Source of the DNA: a virus
Taxonomy: Duplodnaviria > Heunggongvirae > Uroviricota > Caudoviricetes
Reading direction: 5' to 3' (one strand)
Virus record (IMG/VR): IMGVR_UViG_3300017963_000216
Span: 1-33,862 of that record
Length of the DNA stretch: 33,862 bases
The notes under the pieces are model-generated. The model was not told where the DNA came from. It searched no databases and saw nothing but the letters and a program-made list of their open reading frames with translations. Positions 1 through 7,609 of this stretch are shown one piece after another. Made by a program: the position numbers and the translations under genes. The number at the start of each line of letters is the position of its first letter. Positions within the stretch are counted from its first letter, which is position 1.

Positions 1-476
1 AGCTTGAAGACGCTACAATTGTTGGGACATGCATATTCGTGACGCATCACCAAACCCGCACGACTGACACGATGGAACCTAGCCGGTTCAATCCCGCACT
101 TCCGCATAATCTTACGCCATGGCTCGCCGTGCCCGCCCTCTTCCCTACACCAGCCAGCATTGATATAATCGTCAATGGCATGACAAGCCTCATGAACGAT
201 AGTTTCCTGCCGTTCCTCAGAACCTGCATTACCGAACAAACCGACAGAAAGTGTCATGGTCCAGCGTCGCGGCCCGGAATCACCGTACCCCCCAAAGGTG
301 CGGTTTCGCTGGCGACCGATTTTACCCATTGCGCGGGTCATGCGGTTTGACCATTTAATGTCGATCAGTTCGGCCAAGGCCGGACAACCGTTACATTCGC
401 ACGCGAACTCGATCCACTCACGGACCTCTTTATCCGCTACAATCGCGTTACCCATTGCATTCGCTCTAGTCGTCAT
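1..476 (-). CDS. SprT-like zinc metalloprotease (partial, runs off the window start; not in ORF track)
   Basis: Manual translation from ATG at 476 (ATGA overlap with upstream stop): MTTRANAMGNAIVADKEVREWIEF...IKWSNRMTRAMG...ETIVHEACH...GHGEPWRKIMRKCG..P.RFH...YACPNNC. No stop before position 1. The W-S-x-R-M-T-x-x-x-G, HExxH, HGxxW and terminal YxC motifs are SprT family hallmarks. Confidence 0.85.
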   Translation of the reverse strand, partial: MTTRANAMGNAIVADKEVREWIEFACECNGCPALAELIDIKWSNRMTRAMGKIGRQRNRTFGGYGDSGPRRWTMTLSVGLFGNAGSEERQETIVHEACHAIDDYINAGWCREEGGHGEPWRKIMRKCGIEPARFHRVSRAGLVMRHEYACPNNCSVFK

Positions 477-604
477 AGTCCAAGCCTTTCCCTAGTTTCC
501 GCAAGATCGTTGTACATGCAATCCATGTGATAAACGTCAGCACCGGGATAATCGTTACCAACCGGCTCCCCACATATGGGGCAGTATTGCTGTTCATCCG
601 GCAT
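473..604 (-). CDS. small CxxC/HxxC zinc-binding hypothetical protein (43 aa)
   Basis: MPDEQQYCPICGEPV...YHMDC; ATG at 604 follows a GGAAGGGG RBS and a promoter-like repeat. Confidence 0.65.
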   Translation of the reverse strand: MPDEQQYCPICGEPVGNDYPGADVYHMDCMYNDLAETRERLGL

Positions 605-627
605 GACGTCCCCTTCCGTTGTTCGTT

Positions 628-712
628 GTTGTTCGCGTCCCTTGACTACATTAAACCTACAACGCAAAACGCCACCCGTCCACTAAAATCGCGAAAGAAA
701 GCCAAAGTATTT
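628..712 (-). promoter_or_regulatory. 85-bp direct repeat, copy 1; leftward sigma70-like promoter plus leader
   Basis: Identical to 1081-1165. Minus strand reads TGGACG(682-677)-N17-TAGGTT(659-654)-TAATGTAG, then an A/C-rich leader to ATG 604. Confidence 0.75.
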
Positions 713-843
713 GCAAGCTACTGCCGGGATGCGCAACACATAGTTTATTTCAGGCGTCGGAGACTGTACAACCCCCACTCCCGTCATAACCCAATCGTAC
801 GCAGAGGGTCTGTATTCGGTACGCACCCCCGGCAGTAGCTCGC
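713..843 (-). ncRNA. candidate structured RNA closed by a 16-bp stem
   Basis: Inverted repeat 713-728 / 828-843 pairs fully on the minus strand (one G-U) but has an A-C mismatch on the plus strand. A small hairpin CCCCTC-4nt-GAGGGG lies at 845-860. No credible minus-strand ORF here. Confidence 0.45.
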
Positions 844-849
844 ACCCCT

Positions 850-1065
850 CTAGCGAGGGGCTTTGTCGTATACCTTTTTGCCGTCTGAACCATATCTGCG
901 GATTGTACCGTTTGGAAGGAATCTTTCGATCCAGATTCGGTAATAGCCCGGATTTATGGCCTGTGCCGATTCTACGGCTTGTGCCAGTTTTGCGTGCTGG
1001 CTGTCAATCTCATATCCCTTGGTACCCAATTCGCGGACACAAACGGAATATTCGGCATAGCTCAT
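850..1065 (-). CDS. hypothetical protein (71 aa)
   Basis: ATG follows a GAGGG RBS directly downstream of promoter repeat copy 2. Confidence 0.75.
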   Translation of the reverse strand: MSYAEYSVCVRELGTKGYEIDSQHAKLAQAVESAQAINPGYYRIWIERFLPNGTIRRYGSDGKKVYDKAPR

Positions 1066-1080
1066 AGTTTCCCTCGTTTC

Positions 1081-1165
1081 GTTGTTCGCGTCCCTTGACT
1101 ACATTAAACCTACAACGCAAAACGCCACCCGTCCACTAAAATCGCGAAAGAAAGCCAAAGTATTT
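1081..1165 (-). promoter_or_regulatory. 85-bp direct repeat, copy 2; leftward promoter plus leader
   Basis: Base-for-base identical to 628-712 (offset 453). Confidence 0.75.
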
Positions 1166-1226
1166 TGCCAGCCGTTATAACAATGATCGCGCACGCGTAG
1201 CCCCTAAAACTGGCCGAGTCAAGCGA

Positions 1227-1452
1227 AATCCGGACAGAATCCGGACATTTCCGGCCACCACCGGACAACCGGCACAATCGGCATAACCCCTGCGACCGGC
1301 ACGACTTGCACGATTCGGACGACCCGGACGACCGCTGCGACCCGGACAGCCAGGACTCCTAAGGGCCATATGTCTGGTATCTGGTATCTGGGGTTTTGGG
1401 ATCTGGCCGGATTTCCTTTTGCGGAAACATATGGTATCCAGCATATGGTATC
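1227..1452. repeat. non-coding periodic repeat array at the divergence point
   Basis: (C/T)CGG cores at 1230, 1241, 1251, 1261, 1269, 1278, 1296, 1315, 1324, 1342 (AATCCGGACA twice). TGGTATC at 1375, 1382, 1432, 1446; CATATG at 1367, 1428, 1442. Confidence 0.7.
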
Positions 1453-1465
1453 TGAGACTTTTAAT

Positions 1466-1500
1466 TTGACATCCTCGGAAACGCATGGTAAGATTTAGTG
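1466..1500 (+). promoter_or_regulatory. sigma70-type promoter (subtype B)
   Basis: TTGACA(1466-1471)-N17-TAAGAT(1489-1494) with extended TG, followed by TTAGTG; near-identical 3' half to the promoter at 29849. Confidence 0.85.
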
Positions 1501-1534
1501 ACGTTGAAACACAAACAACACCGAGGACACCAAC

Positions 1535-1951
1535 ATGAGAATGAAGAGAGAGATCGCCAAGCTGAACGTGGAGGGTGCGAAGATGACCTTGCCGCTGGCT
1601 AACCATCCGTTTGACCGCTACCGCTGGGGGCTCAAGGCCGTCCTCCTGGAGAATTGCGGGCGTCCCATCGCCGACACCCTGGACTACTGCGAGTACGATC
1701 AGCGGTTCACCGTGGAACTCAAGGTGGCTGCCATGCCCGCCGACTGCCATGACTCCCTCAAGGCGTGCGACGACTTCCGCATGGAGTTAAGCAAGGTGTT
1801 CGTGATCGACCCGCTAGATGACCTGGAGCCGCAGATCGACGAGCTGCTGGAACTGCGAGCCCACTTGCACCAATCCCACGCACAGATGAGTGTGCTGCTC
1901 TCGCTCTACCGTGAGGGCTACAAGATGGTCGAGGACCGCATCCCGGAATGA
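1535..1951 (+). CDS. hypothetical protein
   Basis: First ORF after the promoter; GAGGA RBS; C/G-ending codon bias. Confidence 0.75.
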   Translation: MRMKREIAKLNVEGAKMTLPLANHPFDRYRWGLKAVLLENCGRPIADTLDYCEYDQRFTVELKVAAMPADCHDSLKACDDFRMELSKVFVIDPLDDLEPQIDELLELRAHLHQSHAQMSVLLSLYREGYKMVEDRIPE

Positions 1952-2018
1952 ACTTGACATAAGACGCAAGCGCACAAGCGCAAGCGCGAATTCCAAATCC
2001 CAAAACGAAAGATGAAAA

Positions 2019-2324
2019 ATGCTGGAACCAGCTAAGCGCCTTGAGAAAATCTCAATCCGATTCATGGGCCCTCACAGCAGTGATCTGTTCAAGTGCCTGT
2101 ACATTCCGCCCGTCGACTTCGAGCACGTGTCCATCGGCACCGGCGAGAGCAAGTCGGTCGCGGCAACCCGTGCCATCGCTCACCTGCAAGGTGAGGGCTT
2201 CTCTCCCATCCTGGACGAGATCCGGGACGCGGTATCGAACATGATGCCGGGAGCGCCAGACGCTGTCGAAGGCGATGGTTTCTGCCAAATCTACTGCATC
2301 ATAGGAGTCACAGCCGAACGATGA
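2019..2324 (+). CDS. hypothetical protein
   Basis: Co-oriented ORF with ATGA overlap to the next gene. Confidence 0.65.
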   Translation: MLEPAKRLEKISIRFMGPHSSDLFKCLYIPPVDFEHVSIGTGESKSVAATRAIAHLQGEGFSPILDEIRDAVSNMMPGAPDAVEGDGFCQIYCIIGVTAER

Positions 2325-2677
2325 AAAAGAAGAAGAAGAAACCAGCCAAGCCAGAGATCGACTGGCTGAAGCGTTGGAAGAAAGCGGACACCCAGATGGC
2401 CGAGCGTCGTGTCCTGGAGTCCCGCTGCCGCATGTACAAGATCGAAGAGAGCAACATCAAGTACGGTCGCAAGTACAAGCGCAACGGCGATTACCTGGGC
2501 TACCCCATCTGGTATCGGGCCATGGCCAAACTGAGGTGCGGGTGGGTCATCCTCTCCAACCACTTCAAGTTGTCGGCGGCTGAGAAGGCCCTGGAGTACC
2601 ACAACCAACACGGGCAGCCGAAGCCCAAGCCGAAGAAGCGAAGAAAGAAGGTGAAGCGTGAAGACGGCGATACTTAA
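2321..2677 (+). CDS. highly basic Lys-rich hypothetical protein
   Basis: MKKKKKKPAKP...KPKPKKRRKK; GGAG RBS, ATGA overlap. Confidence 0.7.
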   Translation: MKKKKKKPAKPEIDWLKRWKKADTQMAERRVLESRCRMYKIEESNIKYGRKYKRNGDYLGYPIWYRAMAKLRCGWVILSNHFKLSAAEKALEYHNQHGQPKPKPKKRRKKVKREDGDT

Positions 2678-2993
2678 AGCGCTCGACCGGGCACGGGAAG
2701 AGGCCAACCTTGGCAACAACGTCATGATCCTCCTGCCCAACACCAACTGGGTAGAGCCCTACAAGCAAGCACACAGTATTATGAATAGGCACCGCGAGTG
2801 CGGCAACTATCTGTACATGCCACATCCGAACGTCTACGTGCGGTACACTCACGCTCACAGCAGCCTGAGAGCCCTTCTGGTGGACGTTCTCATCCTGGTA
2901 GGTGAAGACAGCCCCGGCTGGTGCTGGAGGGGCCTGCAACTCGCACAGGATCGCATGCGGGCTTCCACCGTTCAACGCACAATCAACATCTAG
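2658..2993 (+). CDS. hypothetical protein
   Basis: GTG start overlapping the previous gene; fills the gap in a co-oriented block. Confidence 0.6.
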   Translation: MKTAILKALDRAREEANLGNNVMILLPNTNWVEPYKQAHSIMNRHRECGNYLYMPHPNVYVRYTHAHSSLRALLVDVLILVGEDSPGWCWRGLQLAQDRMRASTVQRTINI

Positions 2994-3001
2994 GTGAAAT
3001 C

Positions 3002-3244
3002 ATGAGAGACAGCCGAAGCGAATTCCAACGAGACATGGATTTTCACAATTTCAGCGGTGGCATGGCAGCCGTCCTGCTGCTTCTGGTTCTCCCGGTAGCG
3101 TTTTCCCTCATAATCACCGACTACATCAAATGGAGCGACAAAGAGAGGGTCAAAGAAGAAGCAGCCGAGCGCAATCGCCCGAAGGTGATCCTCGTTCACG
3201 AAGGCACAGAGTACGAAGTGGAGGTGAGAGATGCCAAGCCATAA
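3002..3244 (+). CDS. single-pass membrane hypothetical protein
   Basis: ATG 3002 after AGGTG; hydrophobic AAVLLLLVLPVAFSLII. Confidence 0.65.
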   Translation: MRDSRSEFQRDMDFHNFSGGMAAVLLLLVLPVAFSLIITDYIKWSDKERVKEEAAERNRPKVILVHEGTEYEVEVRDAKP

Positions 3245-3440
3245 CGGAGGTTTTTACGAGAAGTTCCGCCAGACCCCACCGAGCCCAGAGGGGCAGTGTG
3301 GCTGGTATCTGCTGTGGAGCGACGTGGAGGCCTATCGGTGCCACGAGAGCCACGAAAGGACACATCCGATGTACACCGATGACCACAAGGACACCGGGCG
3401 CGATCTTGTCGACGCCCTGCAAGAGGGCTCGCTCGATTGA
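3231..3440 (+). CDS. hypothetical protein
   Basis: GGAGGTG RBS; last gene before an intergenic promoter. Confidence 0.7.
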   Translation: MPSHNGGFYEKFRQTPPSPEGQCGWYLLWSDVEAYRCHESHERTHPMYTDDHKDTGRDLVDALQEGSLD

Positions 3441-3499
3441 CGCGTCACTGTAAAACGCGAGGTGCCCCCAATTATTTTTGGCGTTTTCCCATTTTGTGT

Positions 3500-3536
3500 T
3501 TGACAACAAAACCTTTTGGTTGTATTGTTTAAGTAG
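3500..3536 (+). promoter_or_regulatory. sigma70-type promoter (subtype A)
   Basis: TTGACA(3500-3505)-N17-TATTGT(3523-3528)-TTAAGTAG in an AT-rich intergenic region. Confidence 0.8.
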
Positions 3537-3540
3537 CAAG

Positions 3541-3583
3541 GGAAACAACACAACAAAGGAAACAACACAACAAAGGAAACAAC
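3541..3583 (+). repeat. 17-bp tandem repeat (2.5 copies) forming the mRNA leader
   Basis: GGAAACAACACAACAAA x2 plus GGAAACAAC directly before ATG 3584. Confidence 0.9.
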
Positions 3584-3982
3584 ATGAACATCACTACGAA
3601 ACTGATCACCGACATCGTCGAGTGCATGATCGCAGACTCTCGAAACGATCTGACCTGGGGCGACGCCCCGGTGGCCCACAAAGCAGTGGCCTTCGCTCTG
3701 GATCAAGCCAACAAGCTGGTAGAAGCCACTCCGATCTACCAAGTGTCCGCCAAGCAAACTGACCGGGACGTGAACCTTGGGTTCTTCACTGGGAAGACTC
3801 ACGACATCGCTTCCTACTGCGACGACCGGAAGGGCTATGGGCTTGTCATCGAAGAGGTGCGGCCCACCGCCATCAAGAGCGGCTACAAGGCACACAAGGA
3901 CAACATCGTGGCGAAGCGCGACCGACTGCAAGCCGAGCTGGATGCCCTCAACGCCCGCCTGGAGTCGGGGGACATCTCATGA
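3584..3982 (+). CDS. hypothetical protein with C-terminal coiled coil
   Basis: Follows promoter and leader; ATGA overlap. Confidence 0.8.
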   Translation: MNITTKLITDIVECMIADSRNDLTWGDAPVAHKAVAFALDQANKLVEATPIYQVSAKQTDRDVNLGFFTGKTHDIASYCDDRKGYGLVIEEVRPTAIKSGYKAHKDNIVAKRDRLQAELDALNARLESGDIS

Positions 3983-4218
3983 ACAAGTACCACGTCTGGC
4001 ACGTCGACGACGGCCCTGACCGGGCAGTAGCAATCGAAGCCCACGACCCGAACGAGGCAGCCCTGGAGGTTGTGAAGGACTGGGCTCTGACCTATCACAT
4101 CAACGACGAAGTCAAAGATGAAGTCATAGTTGAGTCCCTCAAGACTGGTGTCCTTCACAGCTTGACAGTTTACATCCAACCAGAGACCACTTACCACTAC
4201 GAAGTGAGACAACGATGA
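3979..4218 (+). CDS. hypothetical protein, paralog of 24915-25154
   Basis: Shared pattern YxVW...EA....(E/D)AA...V..W...V.V....(T/S)G...V....E.TY. Confidence 0.75.
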   Translation: MNKYHVWHVDDGPDRAVAIEAHDPNEAALEVVKDWALTYHINDEVKDEVIVESLKTGVLHSLTVYIQPETTYHYEVRQR

Positions 4219-4553
4219 GCACTTACACCACCGGCTACGACAACAACGAAGGCGACCGCTACACCGAGGTCGAGATCGACTACGAGTTGGAGAAGGGCGG
4301 GCGCGAATTCCCTTTGGGCGTCCGCCACTGCCACACTTACTACGACATCCCGGACCAGATCGTCGTGAACAGCGTGCGAGTGATGTACGTCGAGTTCTAC
4401 AACCCGCACGGCGACCTGCTCGCCTCCATCAAGCGTGAGGCCCTGAACCCACTTGTGCTGAAGCACGAGGATGACGACGCCATGCAACGCATCATGGACC
4501 AAGTGGACAGCGACGACTGCTTCTGCGAACTGTTAGCGGGGGCGGCAGGATGA
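4215..4553 (+). CDS. acidic hypothetical protein
   Basis: ATGA overlaps at both ends. Confidence 0.75.
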   Translation: MSTYTTGYDNNEGDRYTEVEIDYELEKGGREFPLGVRHCHTYYDIPDQIVVNSVRVMYVEFYNPHGDLLASIKREALNPLVLKHEDDDAMQRIMDQVDSDDCFCELLAGAAG

Positions 4554-4747
4554 ACAAGGAACCCTACGACCCTGAGGTGACCGAGATCATCCTCAGCCAT
4601 TTGGCGGGTGGTAGCTACGACTTCATCCACTACCCGTGGATGAAGCCACTGTACCGCAAGCTGATCAATAAGAATGTGTGCATCAAGTGTGGTGCTAAGA
4701 TCCCACCCGGCAAGGCCGGGAGAAAGTGCAAGTCATGCCGAACCTAG
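4550..4747 (+). CDS. hypothetical protein with C-terminal zinc ribbon
   Basis: CIKC...CKSC. Confidence 0.7.
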   Translation: MNKEPYDPEVTEIILSHLAGGSYDFIHYPWMKPLYRKLINKNVCIKCGAKIPPGKAGRKCKSCRT

Positions 4748-5268
4748 CATCAGCTGTGGCGTACGCCAAGCATGTCCACCGAAACGACCGCCGCAAGTGG
4801 GGCGGGCAGCTTTACATCTACCATCCCATGCGGGTGATGACCGAGGCCATGCTGCGAGGCATGAACGAAGCACACCTAATGGCTGCCGTCTGCCACGACA
4901 TCCTTGAGGACCACCCAGAGCCGACCCCCGAGGCCGCGTACAAGATGCTGAATTGGCACATCGGCAGCATAGCCACCAGCATCGTCGGGATGCTGACCAA
5001 CAGATTCACCAAAGAGGCCTACCCGGACATGAACCGGGCAGACAGGAAGGCCGCTGAGTTCAAGCGTCTGGGCACCTTGCCGGACAGCGTAAAGATCCTC
5101 AAGATGTACGACCGCATCGACAACCTGGAGTCCATAGGGCTCGACATCGGGTTCTCTCGCCTGTACGGTGAGGAGAGCCTCCTCCTGTTCGACCACATCG
5201 GCCATGCAGACCCAGAACTAGATGCCAAAGGCCGACGCCTTGCCATCGAAGCAGCGAGAGCGAGCTGA
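4735..5268 (+). CDS. HD-domain hydrolase, RelA/SpoT hydrolase-like (small alarmone hydrolase-like)
   Basis: AVAYAKHVH..DRRK..GQLYIYHPMRV, AAVCHDILED, KILKMYDRIDNL match the SpoT/Mesh1 HD signature. Start could be 4726. Confidence 0.85.
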   Translation: MPNLASAVAYAKHVHRNDRRKWGGQLYIYHPMRVMTEAMLRGMNEAHLMAAVCHDILEDHPEPTPEAAYKMLNWHIGSIATSIVGMLTNRFTKEAYPDMNRADRKAAEFKRLGTLPDSVKILKMYDRIDNLESIGLDIGFSRLYGEESLLLFDHIGHADPELDAKGRRLAIEAARAS

Positions 5269-5269
5269 T

Positions 5270-5440
5270 ATGATTTCATTTTCTATTGGACAAATAGACC
5301 AGTGTGCGTTATGCTTTAAGCATGGAGGGGAAGCAAAGCTCAGAGCGAAGTGCTGTGAGATCGCACGAGAGTTAACCCGCGACGACGATGAGTTCGACGC
5401 CATCGTCGACGACATTATGGACAGGATCATGAACAAATGA
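5270..5440 (+). CDS. small hypothetical protein
   Basis: ATG 1 nt after the HD gene stop; ATGA overlap downstream; start uncertain. Confidence 0.45.
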   Translation: MISFSIGQIDQCALCFKHGGEAKLRAKCCEIARELTRDDDEFDAIVDDIMDRIMNK

Positions 5441-5820
5441 GTGAGCAAACTGCATTTAAGCAAACTGCATTAGATGTCATCAAGAATCGTGTGCGCAGGA
5501 TGGGCGACCGGATCGAAGCAGGTGAGAAGCTGATGGAAGACGCTCACAATCTTCTCCGGGAGATTGCCGACACCGGGCACACGTTCAAGTGCATCATGAC
5601 GAACAACGCACGAGAGTGTCAACTGTCACACCGCTCCTCCCGAGGCGACCGAGCTTTCGTCTCGGTCTCCTACAACTTCGACGTGGCTGGGGAGCTGCTG
5701 ATCAAAGAGGGTCGTCATTCCGATGACGTCACGCGAGTTACTACTCAGGCAGACCTGAACATCGCCATCGGCGATCTGGTAGTCAAGTATTGTCGAGAGC
5801 ACAGGATCAAAGAACTATGA
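5437..5820 (+). CDS. hypothetical protein
   Basis: ATGA overlaps at both ends. Confidence 0.7.
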   Translation: MSEQTAFKQTALDVIKNRVRRMGDRIEAGEKLMEDAHNLLREIADTGHTFKCIMTNNARECQLSHRSSRGDRAFVSVSYNFDVAGELLIKEGRHSDDVTRVTTQADLNIAIGDLVVKYCREHRIKEL

Positions 5821-6209
5821 ACGAAGACCTACGAATGCGAATAGACCACAGCCCGACCCCGACGGTAGAACAGTTCTTCATCGAACTGATCGACGTCTTG
5901 TGGAAGGCCTGCCGGGACACCGACAAGGCCGGACGCACCTTGTGCGTGGAGATCCAAGAGATCGACGGCGACGAGGACGACACCGGCTATGTGTGCGACC
6001 TGGAGGACGAGTTCTACATGTGCCTGGAGGCCCGTGTGGACTTCGGGACGCGTTGCGACTACCTTGTGCATGAGATGGCACACATCGACTGCTGGGAGCG
6101 CACAGTGAAGCGTGAGGAGGATCACTGCATGATCTGGGGCGTGAGCTACGCCAAGATGTACCGAACCTACCTCAATTTCTACAACAAGTTCTGGGAGTGC
6201 GACGAATGA
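5817..6209 (+). CDS. HExxH zincin/SprT-like metallopeptidase-like protein
   Basis: DYLVHEMAH followed by a downstream H-x3-WG (EDHCMIWG). Confidence 0.65.
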   Translation: MNEDLRMRIDHSPTPTVEQFFIELIDVLWKACRDTDKAGRTLCVEIQEIDGDEDDTGYVCDLEDEFYMCLEARVDFGTRCDYLVHEMAHIDCWERTVKREEDHCMIWGVSYAKMYRTYLNFYNKFWECDE

Positions 6210-6775
6210 ACGACCTGATCATCAACGAACGCAAAGGCGACAAGATCCTGTGGACCTACGACGGGCTCGACGGGACGACCGACATAGTCGACGAAGACTA
6301 CGTCTGCAATACCGAGCTGGTCAACTGCGACAACATACGCCTGACCCGGAGTTGCCAGATATGGATCGAAGAGCAGCTCGCAGCAGCGGTGCTGGTGGCA
6401 GCCGAGTCCGAACGAATCTGGGACGCCTGGGAGCAGTGGGAAGAGGAGACTGGTGACCTGCTAGTGGTCATCCCGTCCATCGACCACACCCCTGACGAGA
6501 TCGCCTTCGAGACTCCCGGCGTGGAGTTCCGGCTGGTGGCTCTGCACGAGGGGTGGGGGCAGGGTAGCACGTTCGTGAGTGCACCCGTGGAAAACCCAAC
6601 CTGGGGCGATGTCATGCGACAGTTTGAGGTGGCCGTACAAATGACCGGCGACACTCACCACAATTTCATGGAGGGGTTGATCCTCCTCCCGGAAAGCAAG
6701 TATCACAAACTGCCTCCGGTGTGCGAGATGCATCCCGAGGACACCATTTACCTTCAATTCTGCACTGGGAGCTAA
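6206..6775 (+). CDS. acidic hypothetical protein
   Basis: ATGA overlap; conserved-looking TWGDV...GDTHHNFMEG...FCTGS C-terminus. Confidence 0.75.
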   Translation: MNDLIINERKGDKILWTYDGLDGTTDIVDEDYVCNTELVNCDNIRLTRSCQIWIEEQLAAAVLVAAESERIWDAWEQWEEETGDLLVVIPSIDHTPDEIAFETPGVEFRLVALHEGWGQGSTFVSAPVENPTWGDVMRQFEVAVQMTGDTHHNFMEGLILLPESKYHKLPPVCEMHPEDTIYLQFCTGS

Positions 6776-6776
6776 C

Positions 6777-7016
6777 ATGCCGGAACCACGAATCGTACTC
6801 AGCCGCCGCAACCTACTGTCCCTGCTCCACAAGCTGGAGATGAAAGACAGTGCTCGGACCATCATCAAGTACACCGACTCGGACGAGCCGCTCCTGGTAT
6901 CCTCCATGGACGACAACGAATACTACGACCGGGCCCCTGGGCAGATGCACCCCGAGACCGAGGCGTTCGTCGAAGACATGATGTGCGCACTGGAGATCGT
7001 GAGGAATGGACGTTGA
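6777..7016 (+). CDS. hypothetical protein
   Basis: Starts 1 nt after the previous stop. Confidence 0.7.
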   Translation: MPEPRIVLSRRNLLSLLHKLEMKDSARTIIKYTDSDEPLLVSSMDDNEYYDRAPGQMHPETEAFVEDMMCALEIVRNGR

Positions 7017-7174
7017 ACTACTTCGCAATCACAGTAGTGCTGATGCAGACCGCCGCCGCCATCCAGTACGCCCGCCAGGGGCTGTACTGGGAGGCAGGGC
7101 TGTGGATGACGTATGGAGCTGGGAACATTATTCTCATGATTCTAGCAGCCAAGCGTTTGACAACTGGAAACTAG
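7013..7174 (+). CDS. small two-helix membrane protein
   Basis: Probable TTG start overlapping the stop (TTGA); hydrophobic NYFAITVVLMQTAAAIQY...LWMTYGAGNIILMILAA. Confidence 0.5.
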   Translation: MNYFAITVVLMQTAAAIQYARQGLYWEAGLWMTYGAGNIILMILAAKRLTTGN

Positions 7175-7192
7175 GCAGCATACTTTAGGTAG
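7157..7192 (+). promoter_or_regulatory. sigma70-type promoter (subtype A)
   Basis: TTGACA(7157-7162)-N16-CATACT-TTAGGTAG; same tail as 10861 and 18788. Confidence 0.75.
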
Positions 7193-7202
7193 AGGACCTA
7201 CA

Positions 7203-7469
7203 ATGCTCAGCAAAAACATGACAGCCAAGGCCGCCGCCTTCCAAGTAATGAAGGACGAGTTCGAGCAGCACATCATGGACGAGATAGTGAAGGTAGCCAC
7301 CCAGATGAACTTGGATGAAGCCGCGTTCCTGCATTACGGCAACATGTACACTAGGGGGCATTACGAAGTCCCGAGCAAGAGACTGGACGCGCTGGACGAC
7401 CTGTATTGTGACAACATCCACAGTGGCGGCTTCCAAGGCATCTGGCAGAAAGAGAAAGGCTGGAGCTAA
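7203..7469 (+). CDS. hypothetical protein
   Basis: GAGGA RBS after the promoter. Confidence 0.75.
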   Translation: MLSKNMTAKAAAFQVMKDEFEQHIMDEIVKVATQMNLDEAAFLHYGNMYTRGHYEVPSKRLDALDDLYCDNIHSGGFQGIWQKEKGWS

Positions 7470-7609
7470 TGAAACGCTACATCGTCATCATGCACGGCGG
7501 CGACGTCCGAGAGTGCACCTTGGAGAATGGTGCCTATGTTCATGTCCTACACAGGGCGTGGCAAGTCTTGACAACCGATTCACGAATCAAGAGAGTGAAA
7601 GAACTATGA
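7469..7609 (+). CDS. small hypothetical protein (46 aa, below ORF-track cutoff)
   Basis: MKRYIVIMHGGDVRECTLENGAYVHVLHRAWQVLTTDSRIKRVKEL; TAATG and ATGA overlaps fill the gap exactly. Confidence 0.6.
   Translation: MKRYIVIMHGGDVRECTLENGAYVHVLHRAWQVLTTDSRIKRVKEL

Noticed and set aside
1227-1452. CRISPR array or mini-array
   Set aside because: The units are short and degenerate with no unique spacers of constant length; no cas genes are seen. The PD-(D/E)xK protein lacks the Cas4 four-Cys cluster.
1175-1750. 191-aa minus-strand ORF across the repeat array
   Set aside because: Its low-complexity GRPGRS translation reflects the DNA repeats, and it crosses a promoter and a real plus-strand gene.
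1954-1990. TTGACA followed by CAAGCG repeats (also lone TTGACA at 7568 and, on minus, 21743-21748 and 31732-31737)
   Set aside because: No acceptable -10 hexamer at 16-18 bp.
5287-5320. Promoter-like TGGACA-N17-TATGCT-TTAAG
   Set aside because: It resembles subtype A but lies inside a probable ORF and lacks the A/C-rich leader; left uncalled pending TSS data.
7315-7605. N-terminal extension of RtcB in the ORF track (likewise 15046, 29083, 31741 and 33499 starts)
   Set aside because: These extensions overlap better-supported upstream genes in other frames. Internal ATGs with stop/start overlaps match the family N-termini.
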